Positions 9,270 to 21,596 are shown, counted from the first letter of the stretch. The stretch is DNA of 64,000 nucleotides from an uncultured Gammaproteobacteria bacterium (GCA_947258785.1 CAMYJT010000011.1:4114-68113), one strand, 5' to 3'. Made by a program: numbers and translations. The notes: generated by a model from the sequence alone, not told the origin.

Positions 9270-11255
9270 CTACTCGAACTCGACGATGGGCTGATCGACC
9301 GCGACGGTGTCGCCGGGATAGGCGTGCACCGTTTGCACCTTGCCGTCGCGTTCGGCCCGCAGGGTGTTCTCCATTTTCATCGCCTCGACGACGGCGATTT
9401 CTTCGCCGGATTTCACCTCCTGGCCCACTCGGACCGCTACCGACACCAGGAGTCCCGGCATCGGCGACAGCACGAACTTCGACATGTCCGGCGGCGTCTT
9501 GACCGGCATGTACGCCAGCAACTCCGCCACCCTTGGCGTTACGGCCATGAGCGTGACTTCAGCGCCCCCGTGAAACAACCGGTAGGCCTGTTTTTCGCGT
9601 TCGACCTGGACACAGATCGGCGAGCCGTTGAAAGTCCCCTTGAACAAGGGTTCTCCGAACTGCCAGTCGCTGCGCACCTCGAAGGTCTCACCGTTGTAGT
9701 CGATATCGTGACCGTTTTCGACCTCGCGTACGATAACGGTGTGTGCTTCCCCGTTCATTATGACGATCCAGTCGTTGCGCACCGCACGCTCATGTCCCGG
9801 CATCTGTCCGCTGATGCGCGCCGCGCGATCCCGGTAGCGGTGGTGGACGGATGCAGCCACCGTAATAATGCGCGCGGGGTCCTCATGGGGCACATCCGAG
9901 GCATGAAACCCATCCGGATATTCTTCGGCGATCATGTTGGTGCTCAGCCGCCCTTCGACGAAACGCGGATGCGCCATCAACGCAGCCAGGAAGCTGATGT
10001 TGTGGGTAACGCCGCGGATGTGATAGCTGTCCAGCGCCGCACGCATGTGCTCGATGGCCTGATCACGGGTGGCCCCGTGGGTGATAAGTTTGGCGATCAT
10101 CGGGTCGTAGTACATCGACACCTCGCCGCCTTCGAACACGCCGGTGTCCACGCGGACGTGTTCCCCTTCAGTCGGAGGGATATATGACACCAGCCGTCCG
10201 ATGGATGGCATGAAGTTACGAAACGGGTCTTCGGCGTAGACGCGGGATTCGATGGCCCAACCGGTGAGCGTGACGTCCTGCTGGGTGATGGGCAAGGCTT
10301 CACCGGCAGCGACCCGGATCATCAATTCGACCAGGTCGGTGCCGGTGACCATCTCAGTCACCGGATGCTCAACCTGCAGGCGTGTGTTCATCTCCAGAAA
10401 ATAAAAATTTCGGTTTGCATCGACGATGAACTCGACGGTACCGGCCGATTTGTACTGTACCGCTTTGGCCAGGGCCACGGCCTGCTCGCCCATGGCCCGC
10501 CTGGTTGCTGTGTCGAGAAACGGCGACGGGGCTTCCTCGATGACTTTTTGATGGCGGCGTTGCAGCGAGCACTCGCGCTCACCCAGATAGACTACATGGC
10601 CGTGTGCGTCCGCGATGATCTGTATTTCGATGTGCCGGGGTTCTTCGATGAACTTCTCCACGAACATCCGCTCGTCGCCGAAGCTCGAGCGCGCTTCATT
10701 GGTCGCACGCTCGAAGCCGTCGCGGCACTCCGCGTCGTTCCACGCCACGCGCATTCCCTTGCCGCCACCGCCGGCGCTGGCCTTCAGCATCACCGGGTAG
10801 CCGATCTCGTTGGCAACTGTAACCGCCTGATCGGCGTCGGCCAGGACTCCGGTATATCCCGGGATGGTATTGACCCCAGCGTCGGTGGCGAGCTTTTTGG
10901 AGGTAATCTTGTCACCCATGGCTTCGATCGCGTAGGTCCCCGGGCCGATGAAGTCGATGCCGTGTTGCTCCAACGCCTCCGCGAACGCCTTGTTCTCCGA
11001 CAGGAAACCGTAGCCGGGGTGGACGGCGTCGGCGCCGGTGTCGAGACAGGCCTTGATGATGTTGTCCATGACCAGGTAGCTCTGCGCCGAGGGCGGTGGT
11101 CCGATCGGCACCGCCTCATCGGCCGACTGCACGTGCAGGGCCTCCCGGTCCGCATCGGAGTAGACTGCGACGGTCTGTATGCCCATCCTGCGCGCGGTCT
11201 TGAACACGCGGCAGGCGATTTCACCGCGATTCGCGACCAGAATCTTATTGAACAT
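9270..11255 (-). CDS. pccA: Propionyl-CoA carboxylase alpha subunit (biotin carboxylase + carrier)
   Basis: [28 protein letters not shown], biotin motif EAMKMEN; start set at MFNK. Confidence 0.95.
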   Translation of the reverse strand: MFNKILVANRGEIACRVFKTARRMGIQTVAVYSDADREALHVQSADEAVPIGPPPSAQSYLVMDNIIKACLDTGADAVHPGYGFLSENKAFAEALEQHGIDFIGPGTYAIEAMGDKITSKKLATDAGVNTIPGYTGVLADADQAVTVANEIGYPVMLKASAGGGGKGMRVAWNDAECRDGFERATNEARSSFGDERMFVEKFIEEPRHIEIQIIADAHGHVVYLGERECSLQRRHQKVIEEAPSPFLDTATRRAMGEQAVALAKAVQYKSAGTVEFIVDANRNFYFLEMNTRLQVEHPVTEMVTGTDLVELMIRVAAGEALPITQQDVTLTGWAIESRVYAEDPFRNFMPSIGRLVSYIPPTEGEHVRVDTGVFEGGEVSMYYDPMIAKLITHGATRDQAIEHMRAALDSYHIRGVTHNISFLAALMAHPRFVEGRLSTNMIAEEYPDGFHASDVPHEDPARIITVAASVHHRYRDRAARISGQMPGHERAVRNDWIVIMNGEAHTVIVREVENGHDIDYNGETFEVRSDWQFGEPLFKGTFNGSPICVQVEREKQAYRLFHGGAEVTLMAVTPRVAELLAYMPVKTPPDMSKFVLSPMPGLLVSVAVRVGQEVKSGEEIAVVEAMKMENTLRAERDGKVQTVHAYPGDTVAVDQPIVEFE

Positions 11256-11266
11256 GTCCGGATCCT

Positions 11267-12805
11267 CTACAGTGGGATGTTGCCGTGTTTGCGCCACGGG
11301 TTGCTGAGCTTTTTATCGCGGAGCATGGCCAGCGACCGGCAGATGCGTGTGCGTGTGGCGTGGGGAGCTACGACGTCGTCGATGTAACCCCGATGGCCGG
11401 CGATGAACGGGTTGGCAAACTTCCGCCGGTATTCCTCGGTCCGCTTTGCGATCTTGTCCGAGTCGCCGATGTCCTTGCGGAAGATGATCTCTACCGCGCC
11501 CTTCGGACCCATCACCGCGATTTCGGCGCTGGGCCAGGCGAAATTGACGTCACCGCGCAGATGTTTCGAGCTCATCACGTCGTAGGCGCCGCCATAGGCC
11601 TTGCGCGTGATCACCGTGACCTTCGGCACCGTGGCTTCGGCGTAGGCATACAGCAACTTGGCACCGTGCTTGATAATGCCGCCATACTCCTGGGCGGTCC
11701 CCGGCAGAAAGCCGGGCACGTCGACGAAGGTCACAATCGGGATGTTAAAGGCGTCGCAAAAACGGACGAAGCGTCCGCCTTTGGTGGCGGATTTAATGTC
11801 CAGGCAACCGGCCAGCACCATGGGCTGATTGGCGACGATCCCAATGGGCCGCCCCTCCATGCGGGCAAACCCGACCACGATGTTCTGCGCATGCTCCGGT
11901 TGGATCTCGCAGAACTCGCCGTCGTCCACCACTTTGTAAATCAACTCCTTAATGTCGTAGGGCAGGTTTGGGTTGTCCGGGACCAGGGTGTCCAGCGACA
12001 TCTCCATGCGGTCCGCCGGATCGGGCGTCGGCCGGAACGGTGGCGCCGCTCGATTGTTCGCCGGCAGGTAGTTAATGAAACGTCGGACCATCAGCAGCGC
12101 CTCGACGTCGTTTTCAAAGGCGCGGTCGCAGACGCCGGAGATGGTCGAATGCGTGATGGCTCCGCCGAGTTGTTCGGCGGTGACGGTCTCATGGGTGACG
12201 GTCTTCACCACCTCGGGCCCGGTCACGAACATGTACGACGTATCCTTGACCATGAAGATGAAGTCGGTCATGGCCGGTGAGTAGACCGCGCCGCCGGCGC
12301 ATGGCCCGAGGATGATCGAGATCTGGGGGATGACGCCGGAGGCCATGACATTGCGCTGGAACACCTCGGCGTAGCCGCCTAGGGAGGCGACGCCCTCCTG
12401 GATGCGAGCACCCCCGGAGTCGTTGAGGCCGATAACCGGTGCGCCAACTTTCATGGCATGATCCATGATCTTGCAGATTTTCTCCGCGTGCGCCTCGGAC
12501 AGAGAGCCGCCGAACACGGTGAAGTCCTGCGAGAACACGAACACGACGCGGCCGTTGATGGTGCCGTATCCGGTCACCACGCCGTCACCGGGCACCCGGT
12601 TCTCCGCCATCCCGAAGTCGCTGCAACGGTGCTCGACAAACATGTCCCACTCCTCGAAGCTCTCCTCGTCGAGTAAAAGTTCAATGCGTTCGCGGGCGGT
12701 CAGCTTGCCTTTGCTGTGTTGCGCGTCGATGCGTTTCTGCCCCCCGCCCAATCGAGCGGCAGCCCGCGTTTCATCCAGCTGGCGCACTATTTCGTGCTCG
12801 TGCAT
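11267..12805 (-). CDS. pccB: Propionyl-CoA carboxylase beta subunit
   Basis: [37 protein letters not shown]. Confidence 0.95.
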   Translation of the reverse strand: MHEHEIVRQLDETRAAARLGGGQKRIDAQHSKGKLTARERIELLLDEESFEEWDMFVEHRCSDFGMAENRVPGDGVVTGYGTINGRVVFVFSQDFTVFGGSLSEAHAEKICKIMDHAMKVGAPVIGLNDSGGARIQEGVASLGGYAEVFQRNVMASGVIPQISIILGPCAGGAVYSPAMTDFIFMVKDTSYMFVTGPEVVKTVTHETVTAEQLGGAITHSTISGVCDRAFENDVEALLMVRRFINYLPANNRAAPPFRPTPDPADRMEMSLDTLVPDNPNLPYDIKELIYKVVDDGEFCEIQPEHAQNIVVGFARMEGRPIGIVANQPMVLAGCLDIKSATKGGRFVRFCDAFNIPIVTFVDVPGFLPGTAQEYGGIIKHGAKLLYAYAEATVPKVTVITRKAYGGAYDVMSSKHLRGDVNFAWPSAEIAVMGPKGAVEIIFRKDIGDSDKIAKRTEEYRRKFANPFIAGHRGYIDDVVAPHATRTRICRSLAMLRDKKLSNPWRKHGNIPL

Positions 12806-12919
12806 GCAAGTCTCCCCTTGTTATGTGAGGACCGGCGGAACCACACCGCGAATCGACGATCGGGGTGTGGTCAGCGGTCGCAGTTGCTTATCGGTTTTCG
12901 GTTGCGCGGACCATCGGCC

Positions 12920-15073
12920 TCAGGCCGCCCACCGTCGGTTCTTGATCAGGGCCAACACTTCCCGGGCGGCGTCCGGGATATTCGTTCCCGGACCGTATAT
13001 CGCCGCCACCCCCGCCGCCAACAACTCCTCGTGGTCCTGGGGCGGAATGACCCCGCCGCAGACTACCAGGATGTCGCTGGCGCCGAGTTTGTCCAGCTCC
13101 GCGATCAGTTGCGGTACCAGGGTCCGATGCCCTGCCGCCTGCGAGGAAGCTCCGATCACGTGGACGTCGTTTTCCAGCGCCTCACGGGCGGTCTCTTCGG
13201 GGGTCTGGAACAACGGCCCGATGTCGACGTCGAAACCGATGTCGGCGAACGCCGTGGCGATTACCTTGGCGCCGCGGTCGTGCCCGTCCTGGCCGAGCTT
13301 GGCCACCAGGATGCGGGGGCGGCGCCCGGCCTGTTGCGCAAACGCCGCGACCTCTTGCTGGATGTTTGCGAAGTCCGGATCGCCCTGATAGGCCGATCCG
13401 TAGACGCCGCTGATCGACCGGATTTGGGCGCGGTGTCGTCCATAGACACCCTCGAGGGCATCGGAAATCTCGCCCACGCTGGCCCGCGCGCGCGCGGCCC
13501 CTACGGCCAGCGCCAGCAGGTTGCCGGTGTTGGCTGCCGCTGCCTGCTCGAGCGCAGCGAGAGCGGCGCGGTGGGCGGAGGCATCGCGCCCCTCGCGCAC
13601 CCCCTGCAGGCGCTGTACCTGCGCCTCCCTGACCGCGGTATTGTCGATGTTGAGGATCTCCAGCGGCGGTTCGTCGTCGAGCTGGTACTTGTTGACGCCG
13701 ACGATTACCTCCTCGCCGCGGTCGATCCGTGCCTGCCGAAGCGCGGCGGCCTGCTCGATGCGCAGCTTCGGCATCCCGGACTCGACTGCCTTGGTCATGC
13801 CGCCCAACTCTTCGACTTCGTCGATGAGCCGGCCGGCGTCTTCGGCCAGCGCCGCGGTCAGGCTCTCGACGTAATACGAGCCACCCAAGGGGTCCACCAC
13901 TTTGGTGACCCCGGTCTCCTCCTGCAGTACCAGCTGCGTGTTGCGCGCGATGCGTGCCGAGAATTCCGTCGGCAAGGCTAACGCCTCGTCGAAGGAATTC
14001 GTGTGCAGCGACTGCGTTCCACCCAGCGCCGCAGCCAAGGCCTCGATGGTTGTTCGGATGATGTTGTTGTGGGGGTCCCGGCTGGTGAGGCTGACGCCCG
14101 AGGTCTGGCAGTGCGTTCGCAGCATCAGTGAGCGTTGGTCCTGCGGCTGAAACAAGTCCTGCATCAGCTTGGACCACAGCAGACGCGCTGCGCGCAGTTT
14201 GGCGGCCTCCATGAAGAAGTTCATGCCGATGGCAAAGAAGAACGACAGGCGTGGCGCGAAGCTGTCGACTTCGAGTCCGCTGTTGATGGCTGCACGCACG
14301 TACTCGATTCCGTCGGCGAGTGTAAATGCCAGCTCCTGTACACAGGTGGCACCCGCTTCCTGCATGTGGTAACCGGAAATCGATATTGAGTTGAACCGCG
14401 GCATGTGACGCGCGGTGTAGCCGATGATGTCCGAGACGATGCGCATCGACGGCTCGGGAGGGTAGATGTAGGTATTCCGGACCATGAATTCCTTGAGGAT
14501 ATCGTTCTGCAGGGTTCCCGTCAGCCGGTCCTGCCCTGCGCCCTGCTCCTCGGCGGCGACGATATACATGGCCATGACCGGCAACACCGCACCGTTCATA
14601 GTCATCGAGACCGACATGCGGTCCAGTGGGATGCCGTCGAACAGGATCTTCATGTCTTCGACGGTGTCGATGGCGACCCCGGCCTTGCCGACGTCGCCCA
14701 CTACCCGCGGGTGGTCGGAGTCATAGCCCCGGTGGGTGGCCAGGTCGAAGGCCACCGACAGCCCGGTCTGACCCGCGGCCAGGTTGTTCCGATAGAAGGT
14801 GTTGGATTCCTCCGCCGTGGAGAAGCCGGCGTATTGGCGCACGGTCCATGGACGTCCCGCGTACATGGTTGCCCGCGGGCCGCGGACGAAGGGTGGAAAC
14901 CCCGGCAGGCTCGCGCAGTGGTCGAGGCCTTGAAGGTCCCGGGCCGTGTACAGGGGTTTGATGTTAATCCCCTCCGGTGTGAGCCATTCGAGTTCGTCGA
15001 CCGGCCTTCCCTTCAACTCTTTGGATGATCGATCGATCCAGTCCTGCTCGGCAGGTTCGGGAAATTTGGCCAT
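12920..15073 (-). CDS. scpA: Methylmalonyl-CoA mutase (B12-dependent)
   Basis: [27 protein letters not shown], cobalamin motif GQDGHDRG. Confidence 0.96.
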   Translation of the reverse strand: MAKFPEPAEQDWIDRSSKELKGRPVDELEWLTPEGINIKPLYTARDLQGLDHCASLPGFPPFVRGPRATMYAGRPWTVRQYAGFSTAEESNTFYRNNLAAGQTGLSVAFDLATHRGYDSDHPRVVGDVGKAGVAIDTVEDMKILFDGIPLDRMSVSMTMNGAVLPVMAMYIVAAEEQGAGQDRLTGTLQNDILKEFMVRNTYIYPPEPSMRIVSDIIGYTARHMPRFNSISISGYHMQEAGATCVQELAFTLADGIEYVRAAINSGLEVDSFAPRLSFFFAIGMNFFMEAAKLRAARLLWSKLMQDLFQPQDQRSLMLRTHCQTSGVSLTSRDPHNNIIRTTIEALAAALGGTQSLHTNSFDEALALPTEFSARIARNTQLVLQEETGVTKVVDPLGGSYYVESLTAALAEDAGRLIDEVEELGGMTKAVESGMPKLRIEQAAALRQARIDRGEEVIVGVNKYQLDDEPPLEILNIDNTAVREAQVQRLQGVREGRDASAHRAALAALEQAAAANTGNLLALAVGAARARASVGEISDALEGVYGRHRAQIRSISGVYGSAYQGDPDFANIQQEVAAFAQQAGRRPRILVAKLGQDGHDRGAKVIATAFADIGFDVDIGPLFQTPEETAREALENDVHVIGASSQAAGHRTLVPQLIAELDKLGASDILVVCGGVIPPQDHEELLAAGVAAIYGPGTNIPDAAREVLALIKNRRWAA

Positions 15074-15392
15074 GTATCAATCTCCGACATGTGGTATTGA
15101 CCGAAGCATAGCGGCGTCCGAGACGAGAACCCGGCGCCGCCGAGGACCCGCATGAGTTCGGTCTTGCTTCTCCCTACGCGGCGACCGCCGAAGGTGCTTT
15201 CGCGGGCGCGGTGGGGCTACGTTATTCTGAACTGAGAGTATAACGTCATTAGCCGGTCGCCCGCACCGGCGCGCCTGCCATTGGCTGTGGGCACCGTAGG
15301 GTTTAACGGTGGATTGGCGCGGTTGGAGACAAGTACGGATCTGTTTCATTACAATACCGGCCACACAGACTTGCTGGTATCTCGTCTTAGGC

Positions 15393-16931
15393 ATGCGTAT
15401 TAATTTCTCCGGCGCCACCGGAACCCTTTTCTGGTACGGCGCAACGGTATTCCTGACCTCGGCGTTTTTGCTCGTCCTGGAGATCGCCGCCGGGCGGCTG
15501 CTGGCCCCGTACGTGGGGGTGTCCCTCTACACCTGGACATCGATCATCGGTGTCATTTTGGCCGGCCTGTCGCTGGGGAACTGGCTGGGGGGACACATGG
15601 CCGACCGCGGCGCAGGTGAGACATCGGTCGGAATGATTCTGTTGGGTGGCGCGGTGATGTGCTTCGCGATCCTGATGACCTTGATGCTGGTGGCGCGCAC
15701 GATTCAGGGCAGCGGCCTGAGCCTGCTCAGCGCCAGCTTTGTCTACGTGTTCGCGTTGTTTTTTCTACCGGCCATACTGCTGGGCGTGACCACGCCGCTG
15801 CTCACGACCCTGGCGCTCAAACGGGACACGCGCACCGGGCATGTGGTCGGACGTATGCACGCGCTGGCCGCGTTCGGCAGTATTGCCGGCACCTTCGTCA
15901 CCGGCTATTGGCTGGTACAGACCATCGGCACGAAAAACATCATCCTCGGCACGTCCCTGGCCTTGGCGTGTCTGGCGTTGCCGTACCTGCGTCATCTGCG
16001 CCGCAAGGCCGCCGTCGTCGCGGGCGGGTTGATCGTGTCGGGCGGGTTGGCCGCCGTTACCCACCAGGTGCAGGGATTTGTGAATCCTTGCGACGTCGAA
16101 AGCAGCTATTACTGTCTGAGGGTGGTGGACGAACTCGGTCCCGGGGGCAAGGTCACGGCGCGCTCGCTGGTACTCGACCACATGACGCACAGCACCAACG
16201 ACAAGCACCAGCCGGATCGGCTGTGGATGTCCTACGCGCACGCGATGCACGAACTGACGCTCAGTCATTTCGAAGAGCCCACGGGACTGCGGTATTTCTT
16301 CGCCGGGGGTGGGGCGTATACCTATCCCCGGGCATTGCGGTTCGGTGATCCCACCGCCCGGGTGACGGTCAGTGAGTTGGACCCGACGGTGACCGACGTC
16401 GCGCAGAAGGATCTCTATCTGGATTCGACCGGCATGCGCATCCTGCACGGCGACGCGCGGGTCGCGTTGCAGTCACTGGGGCGTGAGCGGTTCGATGTTG
16501 TGGTCACCGACGTCTATCACGACGTCGCGATTCCCTATCACCTTGCGACCCTGGAGTATCATCGGCTGGTCAAATCCAGTCTCAGCGCGCACGGCCTGCA
16601 CCTGATGAATGTCATCGATGCCTTCCCCGATCCACGCTTGGTCAAGGCGATTCAGAAGACCCTCGAGACGCAGTTCCGTTACGTGGACGTGTGGCTGGAG
16701 CGGCCGCCGCAATATCCGTCGCGCTTGACCTACGTGATTTCGGCCTCCGACCATCGGCGCGTGCCGGACATCCTCCGATCGCAGACCGGGGAGCCAAGGG
16801 CCTGGTACGCCGTGACGGATGTCATGCGCAACACGGGCACGCCGATGAGCGATGTCCCCGTGCTGACAGACGACTACGCCCCGATCGAAAGCCTCATCAC
16901 CACCCTGTTGGCGGACAAGGCCGGCCTGTAG
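15393..16931 (+). CDS. Fused membrane domain / spermidine-synthase-like SAM-binding protein
   Basis: About 7 TM (EIAAGRLLAPYVGVSLYTW; GSIAGTF) followed by a Rossmann domain (AGGGAY, SELDP, GDAR, DVVVTD, LTDDYAP). Confidence 0.85.
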   Translation: MRINFSGATGTLFWYGATVFLTSAFLLVLEIAAGRLLAPYVGVSLYTWTSIIGVILAGLSLGNWLGGHMADRGAGETSVGMILLGGAVMCFAILMTLMLVARTIQGSGLSLLSASFVYVFALFFLPAILLGVTTPLLTTLALKRDTRTGHVVGRMHALAAFGSIAGTFVTGYWLVQTIGTKNIILGTSLALACLALPYLRHLRRKAAVVAGGLIVSGGLAAVTHQVQGFVNPCDVESSYYCLRVVDELGPGGKVTARSLVLDHMTHSTNDKHQPDRLWMSYAHAMHELTLSHFEEPTGLRYFFAGGGAYTYPRALRFGDPTARVTVSELDPTVTDVAQKDLYLDSTGMRILHGDARVALQSLGRERFDVVVTDVYHDVAIPYHLATLEYHRLVKSSLSAHGLHLMNVIDAFPDPRLVKAIQKTLETQFRYVDVWLERPPQYPSRLTYVISASDHRRVPDILRSQTGEPRAWYAVTDVMRNTGTPMSDVPVLTDDYAPIESLITTLLADKAGL

Positions 16932-16948
16932 GGCCAGTTGGTGTCCGG

Positions 16949-17893
16949 TCAGGAATCCACGAACACCACCGGCGGCAGCGGCGCGCGATTGACCTCGAGC
17001 CGGAAGATATCCGGCCGCGCGTAGTGCCCGGTCACGTCGAGGGATCGGCGCGCCCGCGCCGCGGCCGAGACGTCGATGTCCGCGTAGAGGACATCTTTTT
17101 GCCGGTGCAGCGGTCCGGCAATCACCTCGCCGAAGGGTTTGACGACCACGGCGTCACCGTCGCACAACCACTCGTCATCGTCAGTAAACAAGGTCTCCCG
17201 CCCGGGGAACGCCGCTGGTACGTCACCGCTTTGCATCGCGGTGGCCAGTCCGACCACCCAACAGCCGCCTTCTTTGGCCACGTGCCGCATGGTGGCGAGC
17301 CAACTCTCGCCGCAGTCCCAAGTGGGTGCGACATAGATGTCGATGTTCTGCGCATACAAGGCGTAGCGGGCCAACGGCATGTAGTTTTCCCAACAGAGGA
17401 GACAGCCGATGCGTCCCACCGGGGTATCCACCACGTTCAATCCGCTGGCGTCCCCGCGGCCCCAAACCATGCGCTCCGGGTTGGTCGGCAGCAGCTTGCG
17501 GTGCCGGTTGAGGACGCGGCCGTCTGGACCAATGATCACTACCGTATTGAACAGCGTGGTGCCGCTGTAGCGGCCGTCCAATTCGTGCAAACCGCAGACA
17601 ACGGTTACGCCATATCTGGCGGCGGCCTCGCACAGGGGGTCCAGCCCGCCGGCGTCGATGTCCACGGAATTTTCGCGCAGCCGGGCATGGAGCTTGCCCG
17701 ACAGCGCCATGTCGGCACCGGGTCGCAGGCGCCAGACCCAGGTCGGATAACCCGGCAGGTATGCCTCCGGAAAGATGATCAATTGACTGTGCCGGGCCGC
17801 TGCCGCCTCGACCGTCGCCACGGCCGCGGCCATCGTTGCCTGCAGATCAAGCAACATCGGAGGTTTTTGAGCAAGCGCGACGTGAACGGTCAT
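16949..17893 (-). CDS. Nitrilase (carbon-nitrogen hydrolase family)
   Basis: Triad in FPEA, HRKL, CWEN; DVTGHYARPD. Confidence 0.92.
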   Translation of the reverse strand: MTVHVALAQKPPMLLDLQATMAAAVATVEAAAARHSQLIIFPEAYLPGYPTWVWRLRPGADMALSGKLHARLRENSVDIDAGGLDPLCEAAARYGVTVVCGLHELDGRYSGTTLFNTVVIIGPDGRVLNRHRKLLPTNPERMVWGRGDASGLNVVDTPVGRIGCLLCWENYMPLARYALYAQNIDIYVAPTWDCGESWLATMRHVAKEGGCWVVGLATAMQSGDVPAAFPGRETLFTDDDEWLCDGDAVVVKPFGEVIAGPLHRQKDVLYADIDVSAAARARRSLDVTGHYARPDIFRLEVNRAPLPPVVFVDS

Positions 17894-17961
17894 GTGAATC
17901 CTCCTCAGTCAAAATTGCTGCCGCCTAAGCGGGCTCGGCCGATGCCTGCGGGTCAACGATT

Positions 17962-18357
17962 TCAGCGCAGCACGGCGAGCGCCCTGAGCACATCACGGCG
18001 GCTGATCTGGCCGATCAATCGGTTGTCTTTGACCACTGGATAGCGGCGGTACGGCGCGTTCATAAACATTTCCGCCACATCGACGATGCTTGCCTCGGCA
18101 TCGATCGTCCGCACTTCGTGATTCATGTATTCGGACACTTTACCGCCCCATTCCCCATGGTAGGCGGCGTTGAGGGCCACCGCGATGCAGTCCTGTTCGG
18201 AGAGCATACCGATCAGGTCGCCATGATCGTCAATGACCGGTGCGCCCGAGATGCGGTTTTCCACTAATGCGTGAATGGCGTGCAGGATTTCCATCTCCGC
18301 GGTGAAGGTGACCGGGTTGGCAGCCATGAACTCGCTGACGGTGATGTCTTTCAGCAT
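17962..18357 (-). CDS. Stand-alone CBS-pair protein
   Basis: ISGAPVID..LIGMLSEQD and RRYPVV..LIGQISRRD. Confidence 0.9.
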   Translation of the reverse strand: MLKDITVSEFMAANPVTFTAEMEILHAIHALVENRISGAPVIDDHGDLIGMLSEQDCIAVALNAAYHGEWGGKVSEYMNHEVRTIDAEASIVDVAEMFMNAPYRRYPVVKDNRLIGQISRRDVLRALAVLR

Positions 18358-18373
18358 GATGCCCTCCCCAGGA

Positions 18374-18574
18374 TTACGTGTGCGGTTCGTCCCGGCCGCC
18401 CTCAGGGCCGCCGCTGCATGCTCCGCACCCTGTGCAGCGCTGTGTCCCGTCTGTTGGTTTCACACCTCCACAGCTCCCGCGGATGGCGTGGCGGCCAAAG
18501 ACGACGCCGATGGCCATGCCGAACATGGCGAAAAGCAGCGTCACGAAGCTGAGGACAAAAGTCGTCATCGTCAC
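18374..18574 (-). CDS. nqrM: Na+-NQR maturation factor
   Basis: Single TM, MAIGV..GSCGG, C-terminal Cys cluster; follows apbE. Confidence 0.85.
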   Translation of the reverse strand: MTMTTFVLSFVTLLFAMFGMAIGVVFGRHAIRGSCGGVKPTDGTQRCTGCGACSGGPEGGRDEPHT

Positions 18575-18578
18575 TTAC

Positions 18579-19709
18579 CTATTTTGAGACAAATCGGTCG
18601 AACTGGGGCGTGGCCTGCTCGGCGTAGCCGTCAGCGGTTCTCATAATGAAGTATGCGCCCAGTCGTTGGTGTTCCGCCAGCGCCGGCCCGGCTTCCGGTC
18701 CGAGTACCAGTAATGCGGTGGCTAAGGCGTCCGCCACCATGGCCGTGTCGCTCAGCACAGTGACCGAGGCCAGGTTATGGGAGACGGGAAGCCCGTCGAT
18801 GGGATTGATGGTATGGGAGTAGCGCAGGCCGTCGCGTTCGAAGTAATTCCGGTAGTCACCGGACGTTGCCATCGCTTGATCGTGGAGCTGCAACAGCCGT
18901 TGTACACGGCGATTTCCCGGGCGGGGCGACTCGACGGCAATCGACCACGCTGCACCCCGGTCATTACGCCCCCGCACCCGCAAATCACCGCCGATTTCGA
19001 CCATGTAGTCGGCCACAGCGACAGACTCCAGATATTCGCAGATCCGGTCAACGGCAAAACCCTTGGCGATGGCGGACAGATCGATATTCAGGTCCTTGTC
19101 GAGTTTTCGTATCGCCGGCGGCGACCGTCTAGTTAAAACCATTGCGTAACCCACCCGGGCCAAGGCCTCCTGCAATTCTTGGTGGGTGGGGACGCGGTGT
19201 CCGGACTGTGCCGGGCCAAAGCCCCAAAGGTCGACCAGGGGAGCAACGGTGATGTCGAACGCACCCCCGGTGAGCCGGCTGATGCGGCCGGCGGCGTCGA
19301 TGACGGTGAGCAGATCTGTCGATGCGCCGATCCACTCGGTGGTCGCGTTACGATTCAGCCGTGACAGTTCGGAGTCGCTTCGATAGGTGGACATCTGTTG
19401 ATTAACACGCGCGAGAATCGCATCGACGTTGGTTCGCAATTGTGCGGTGCTCAGCTCCTGTTGGCGATTGACGAGCTTGATGTTGTAGTGGGTCCCCATC
19501 GTCGTTCCGGCGATATGGGTCAGCCGGACCGGTGGATCCGCCCCGCAGGCCGTTAGCAGGCCGACTGCCAGGACGGCGCGCAGCGTGTGCAGTCCCTCAC
19601 TCGCGCCCGGTCTCACAGATTGCATCGAGGCGGCGAAATAAGCCGCGATCAACTTGATTGACATAAGCAAATCGATCTGTGGTGGATGTGACGCTGGGTA
19701 TCGGCGCAA
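18579..19709 (-). CDS. apbE: FAD:protein FMN transferase (lipoprotein); true start probably downstream of 19709
   Basis: Lipobox LLTAC, TMGT, DLSAIAKG, EIGGD, ATSGDYRNYF, ADALATA. Confidence 0.93.
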   Translation of the reverse strand: MRRYPASHPPQIDLLMSIKLIAAYFAASMQSVRPGASEGLHTLRAVLAVGLLTACGADPPVRLTHIAGTTMGTHYNIKLVNRQQELSTAQLRTNVDAILARVNQQMSTYRSDSELSRLNRNATTEWIGASTDLLTVIDAAGRISRLTGGAFDITVAPLVDLWGFGPAQSGHRVPTHQELQEALARVGYAMVLTRRSPPAIRKLDKDLNIDLSAIAKGFAVDRICEYLESVAVADYMVEIGGDLRVRGRNDRGAAWSIAVESPRPGNRRVQRLLQLHDQAMATSGDYRNYFERDGLRYSHTINPIDGLPVSHNLASVTVLSDTAMVADALATALLVLGPEAGPALAEHQRLGAYFIMRTADGYAEQATPQFDRFVSK

Positions 19710-19735
19710 TCGCTCATTCCGCCCCCGTGCGCCAG

Positions 19736-20956
19736 CTAGCCGCCGAAGTCGTCGAGGAGAATGTTGTCACGCTCGACCCCAAGGTCCAGCAGCATCTTGA
19801 TTACCGCCGCATTCATTATTGGTGGGCCGCACAGATAGAACTCGCAGTCCTCGGGGGCTGGGTGTTCGCTGAGGTAGTGGTCGTGCAGCGCTTGATGAAT
19901 AAATCCGGTGTAGCCGGTCCACTGGTCGTCCGGCTGGGGATCGGAAAGTGCGGTAAACCATTGGAAGTTGGCGTATCTGTCCTGCAAGGCATCGAAATCC
20001 TCGACGTAGAACATCTCGCGGCGGCTCCGCGCCCCGTACCAGAAGCTCATCTTTCGCGGCGTGTGGAGGCGCTCCAGCTGGTCGAAGATGTGTGATCGCA
20101 TCGGTGCCATTCCGGCGCCGCCGCCGACGAACACCATTTCATTGTCAGTGTCGCGGGCATAAAACTCCCCGAACGGACCGGACACCGTCACTTCGTCGCC
20201 CGGCCGGAGATTGAAGAGGTAGGACGACATGGCGCCGGGCGGGGCGTTGGGCAGTCCCGGTGGAGGGGTAGCGATGCGCACGTTCAACATGATGATGGCC
20301 TTCTCTTCGGGATAGTTGGCCATCGAATAGGCGCGTGTTACCGGCTGTTTGACCACTGACTCGTAACGCCATAGATCGTAGCGGTTCCATTCGTCTTGAA
20401 ACTCCGGCTCGATCTGAAACTCGGTAAAGCGGGCGCGATAGGGCGGGCAGTCGATCTGGACGTAGCCGCCGGCCCGGAATTCGATGGACTCCCCTTCCGG
20501 CAGCGACAAAACGAGTTCCTTGATGAAGGTAGCGACGTTGCGGTTGGACTTGACTTTGCACACCCACTGCTTGACCCCGAACACTTCCTCGGAGACCTGG
20601 ATCTGCATGTCCTGCTTGACGGTTACCTGACACGAGAGCCGCTCGCCCGCGGCGGCTTCCCGTTTGTTGATGAGCGAGGTCTCGGTCGGTAGGATGGCGC
20701 CGCCGCCGGCGAAGATCTTCACCCGGCACTGCCCGCAGGTGCCGCCACCGCCGCAGGCCGACGGCACCAGGAGCCGGGCATCGGCCAGGGCCCCGAGCAG
20801 TTTAGATCCCACCGGTGCTTCAACGATCCGTTCGCCGTTGACGGTGATCTTGACGTTGCCGCTGGCCACCAGCCTCGACTTGGCGAGCAGAATCACCCAC
20901 ACCAGTGCGAACACGATGGCGGTGAACAAGGACACGCCCAGACTCACCTCTAACAT
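19736..20956 (-). CDS. nqrF: Na+-translocating NADH:quinone reductase subunit F
   Basis: [10 protein letters not shown] 2Fe-2S motif, [24 protein letters not shown]. Confidence 0.97.
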   Translation of the reverse strand: MLEVSLGVSLFTAIVFALVWVILLAKSRLVASGNVKITVNGERIVEAPVGSKLLGALADARLLVPSACGGGGTCGQCRVKIFAGGGAILPTETSLINKREAAAGERLSCQVTVKQDMQIQVSEEVFGVKQWVCKVKSNRNVATFIKELVLSLPEGESIEFRAGGYVQIDCPPYRARFTEFQIEPEFQDEWNRYDLWRYESVVKQPVTRAYSMANYPEEKAIIMLNVRIATPPPGLPNAPPGAMSSYLFNLRPGDEVTVSGPFGEFYARDTDNEMVFVGGGAGMAPMRSHIFDQLERLHTPRKMSFWYGARSRREMFYVEDFDALQDRYANFQWFTALSDPQPDDQWTGYTGFIHQALHDHYLSEHPAPEDCEFYLCGPPIMNAAVIKMLLDLGVERDNILLDDFGG

Positions 20957-20987
20957 GGCCCCCGCCTCGCTCTTGCGCCGATGGTCA

Positions 20988-21596
20988 TCACAGTTGAATG
21001 CCGGAAAACGCCATGAAACCCAGCGACATCAGGCCGACGGTGATAAACGTGATGCCCAGTCCCTGCAGTCCGTCCGGAACGTCGCTGTATTTGAGTTTTT
21101 CGCGTAAGCCGGCGAGGGCGACAATCGCCAGGGCCCAGCCGACGCCGCTGCCCAGCCCGTAGACCACGCTCTCGCCAAAGTCGTAGTGCCGTTCGACCAT
21201 GAACAAGGTGCCGCCCAGGATTGCGCAGTTAACGGTGATCAAGGGCAGAAAGATGCCCAGCGCGTTGTACAGGGCTGGAAAGTAGCGGTCCAGGGTCATC
21301 TCCAGGATCTGCACCATGGCGGCGATTACACCGATGTAGCTGATCAGTCCGAGGAAGCTCAGATCGACGTCGGCCAGTCCCATCCACGTCAGCGCTCCGG
21401 CGCTGAGCAGATAGTGAAAGATCAGGTTGTTCAGAGGCACGGTGATCACCTGTACCACCACCACGGCCACACCGAGCCCGATGGCCGTCTCGATCTTTTT
21501 TGAAATGGCGAGGAACGTGCACATGCCCAGGAAAAACGCCAGGGCGAGATTTTCGACGAAGACCGCCCGCACAAACAGGCTCAAAGACGCCTCCAT
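20988..21596 (-). CDS. nqrE: Na+-NQR subunit E
   Basis: [26 protein letters not shown]. Confidence 0.96.
   Translation of the reverse strand: MEASLSLFVRAVFVENLALAFFLGMCTFLAISKKIETAIGLGVAVVVVQVITVPLNNLIFHYLLSAGALTWMGLADVDLSFLGLISYIGVIAAMVQILEMTLDRYFPALYNALGIFLPLITVNCAILGGTLFMVERHYDFGESVVYGLGSGVGWALAIVALAGLREKLKYSDVPDGLQGLGITFITVGLMSLGFMAFSGIQL

Noticed and set aside
15074-15392. Cobalamin riboswitch upstream of mcm
   Set aside because: No B12-box or conserved GGGAA/ACTG core seen on either strand; an Rfam scan would be decisive.
9261-18043. Long antisense ORFs (e.g. 9261-10187, 12716-13981, 16691-18043)
   Set aside because: Shadow ORFs expected opposite high-GC genes; no motifs.
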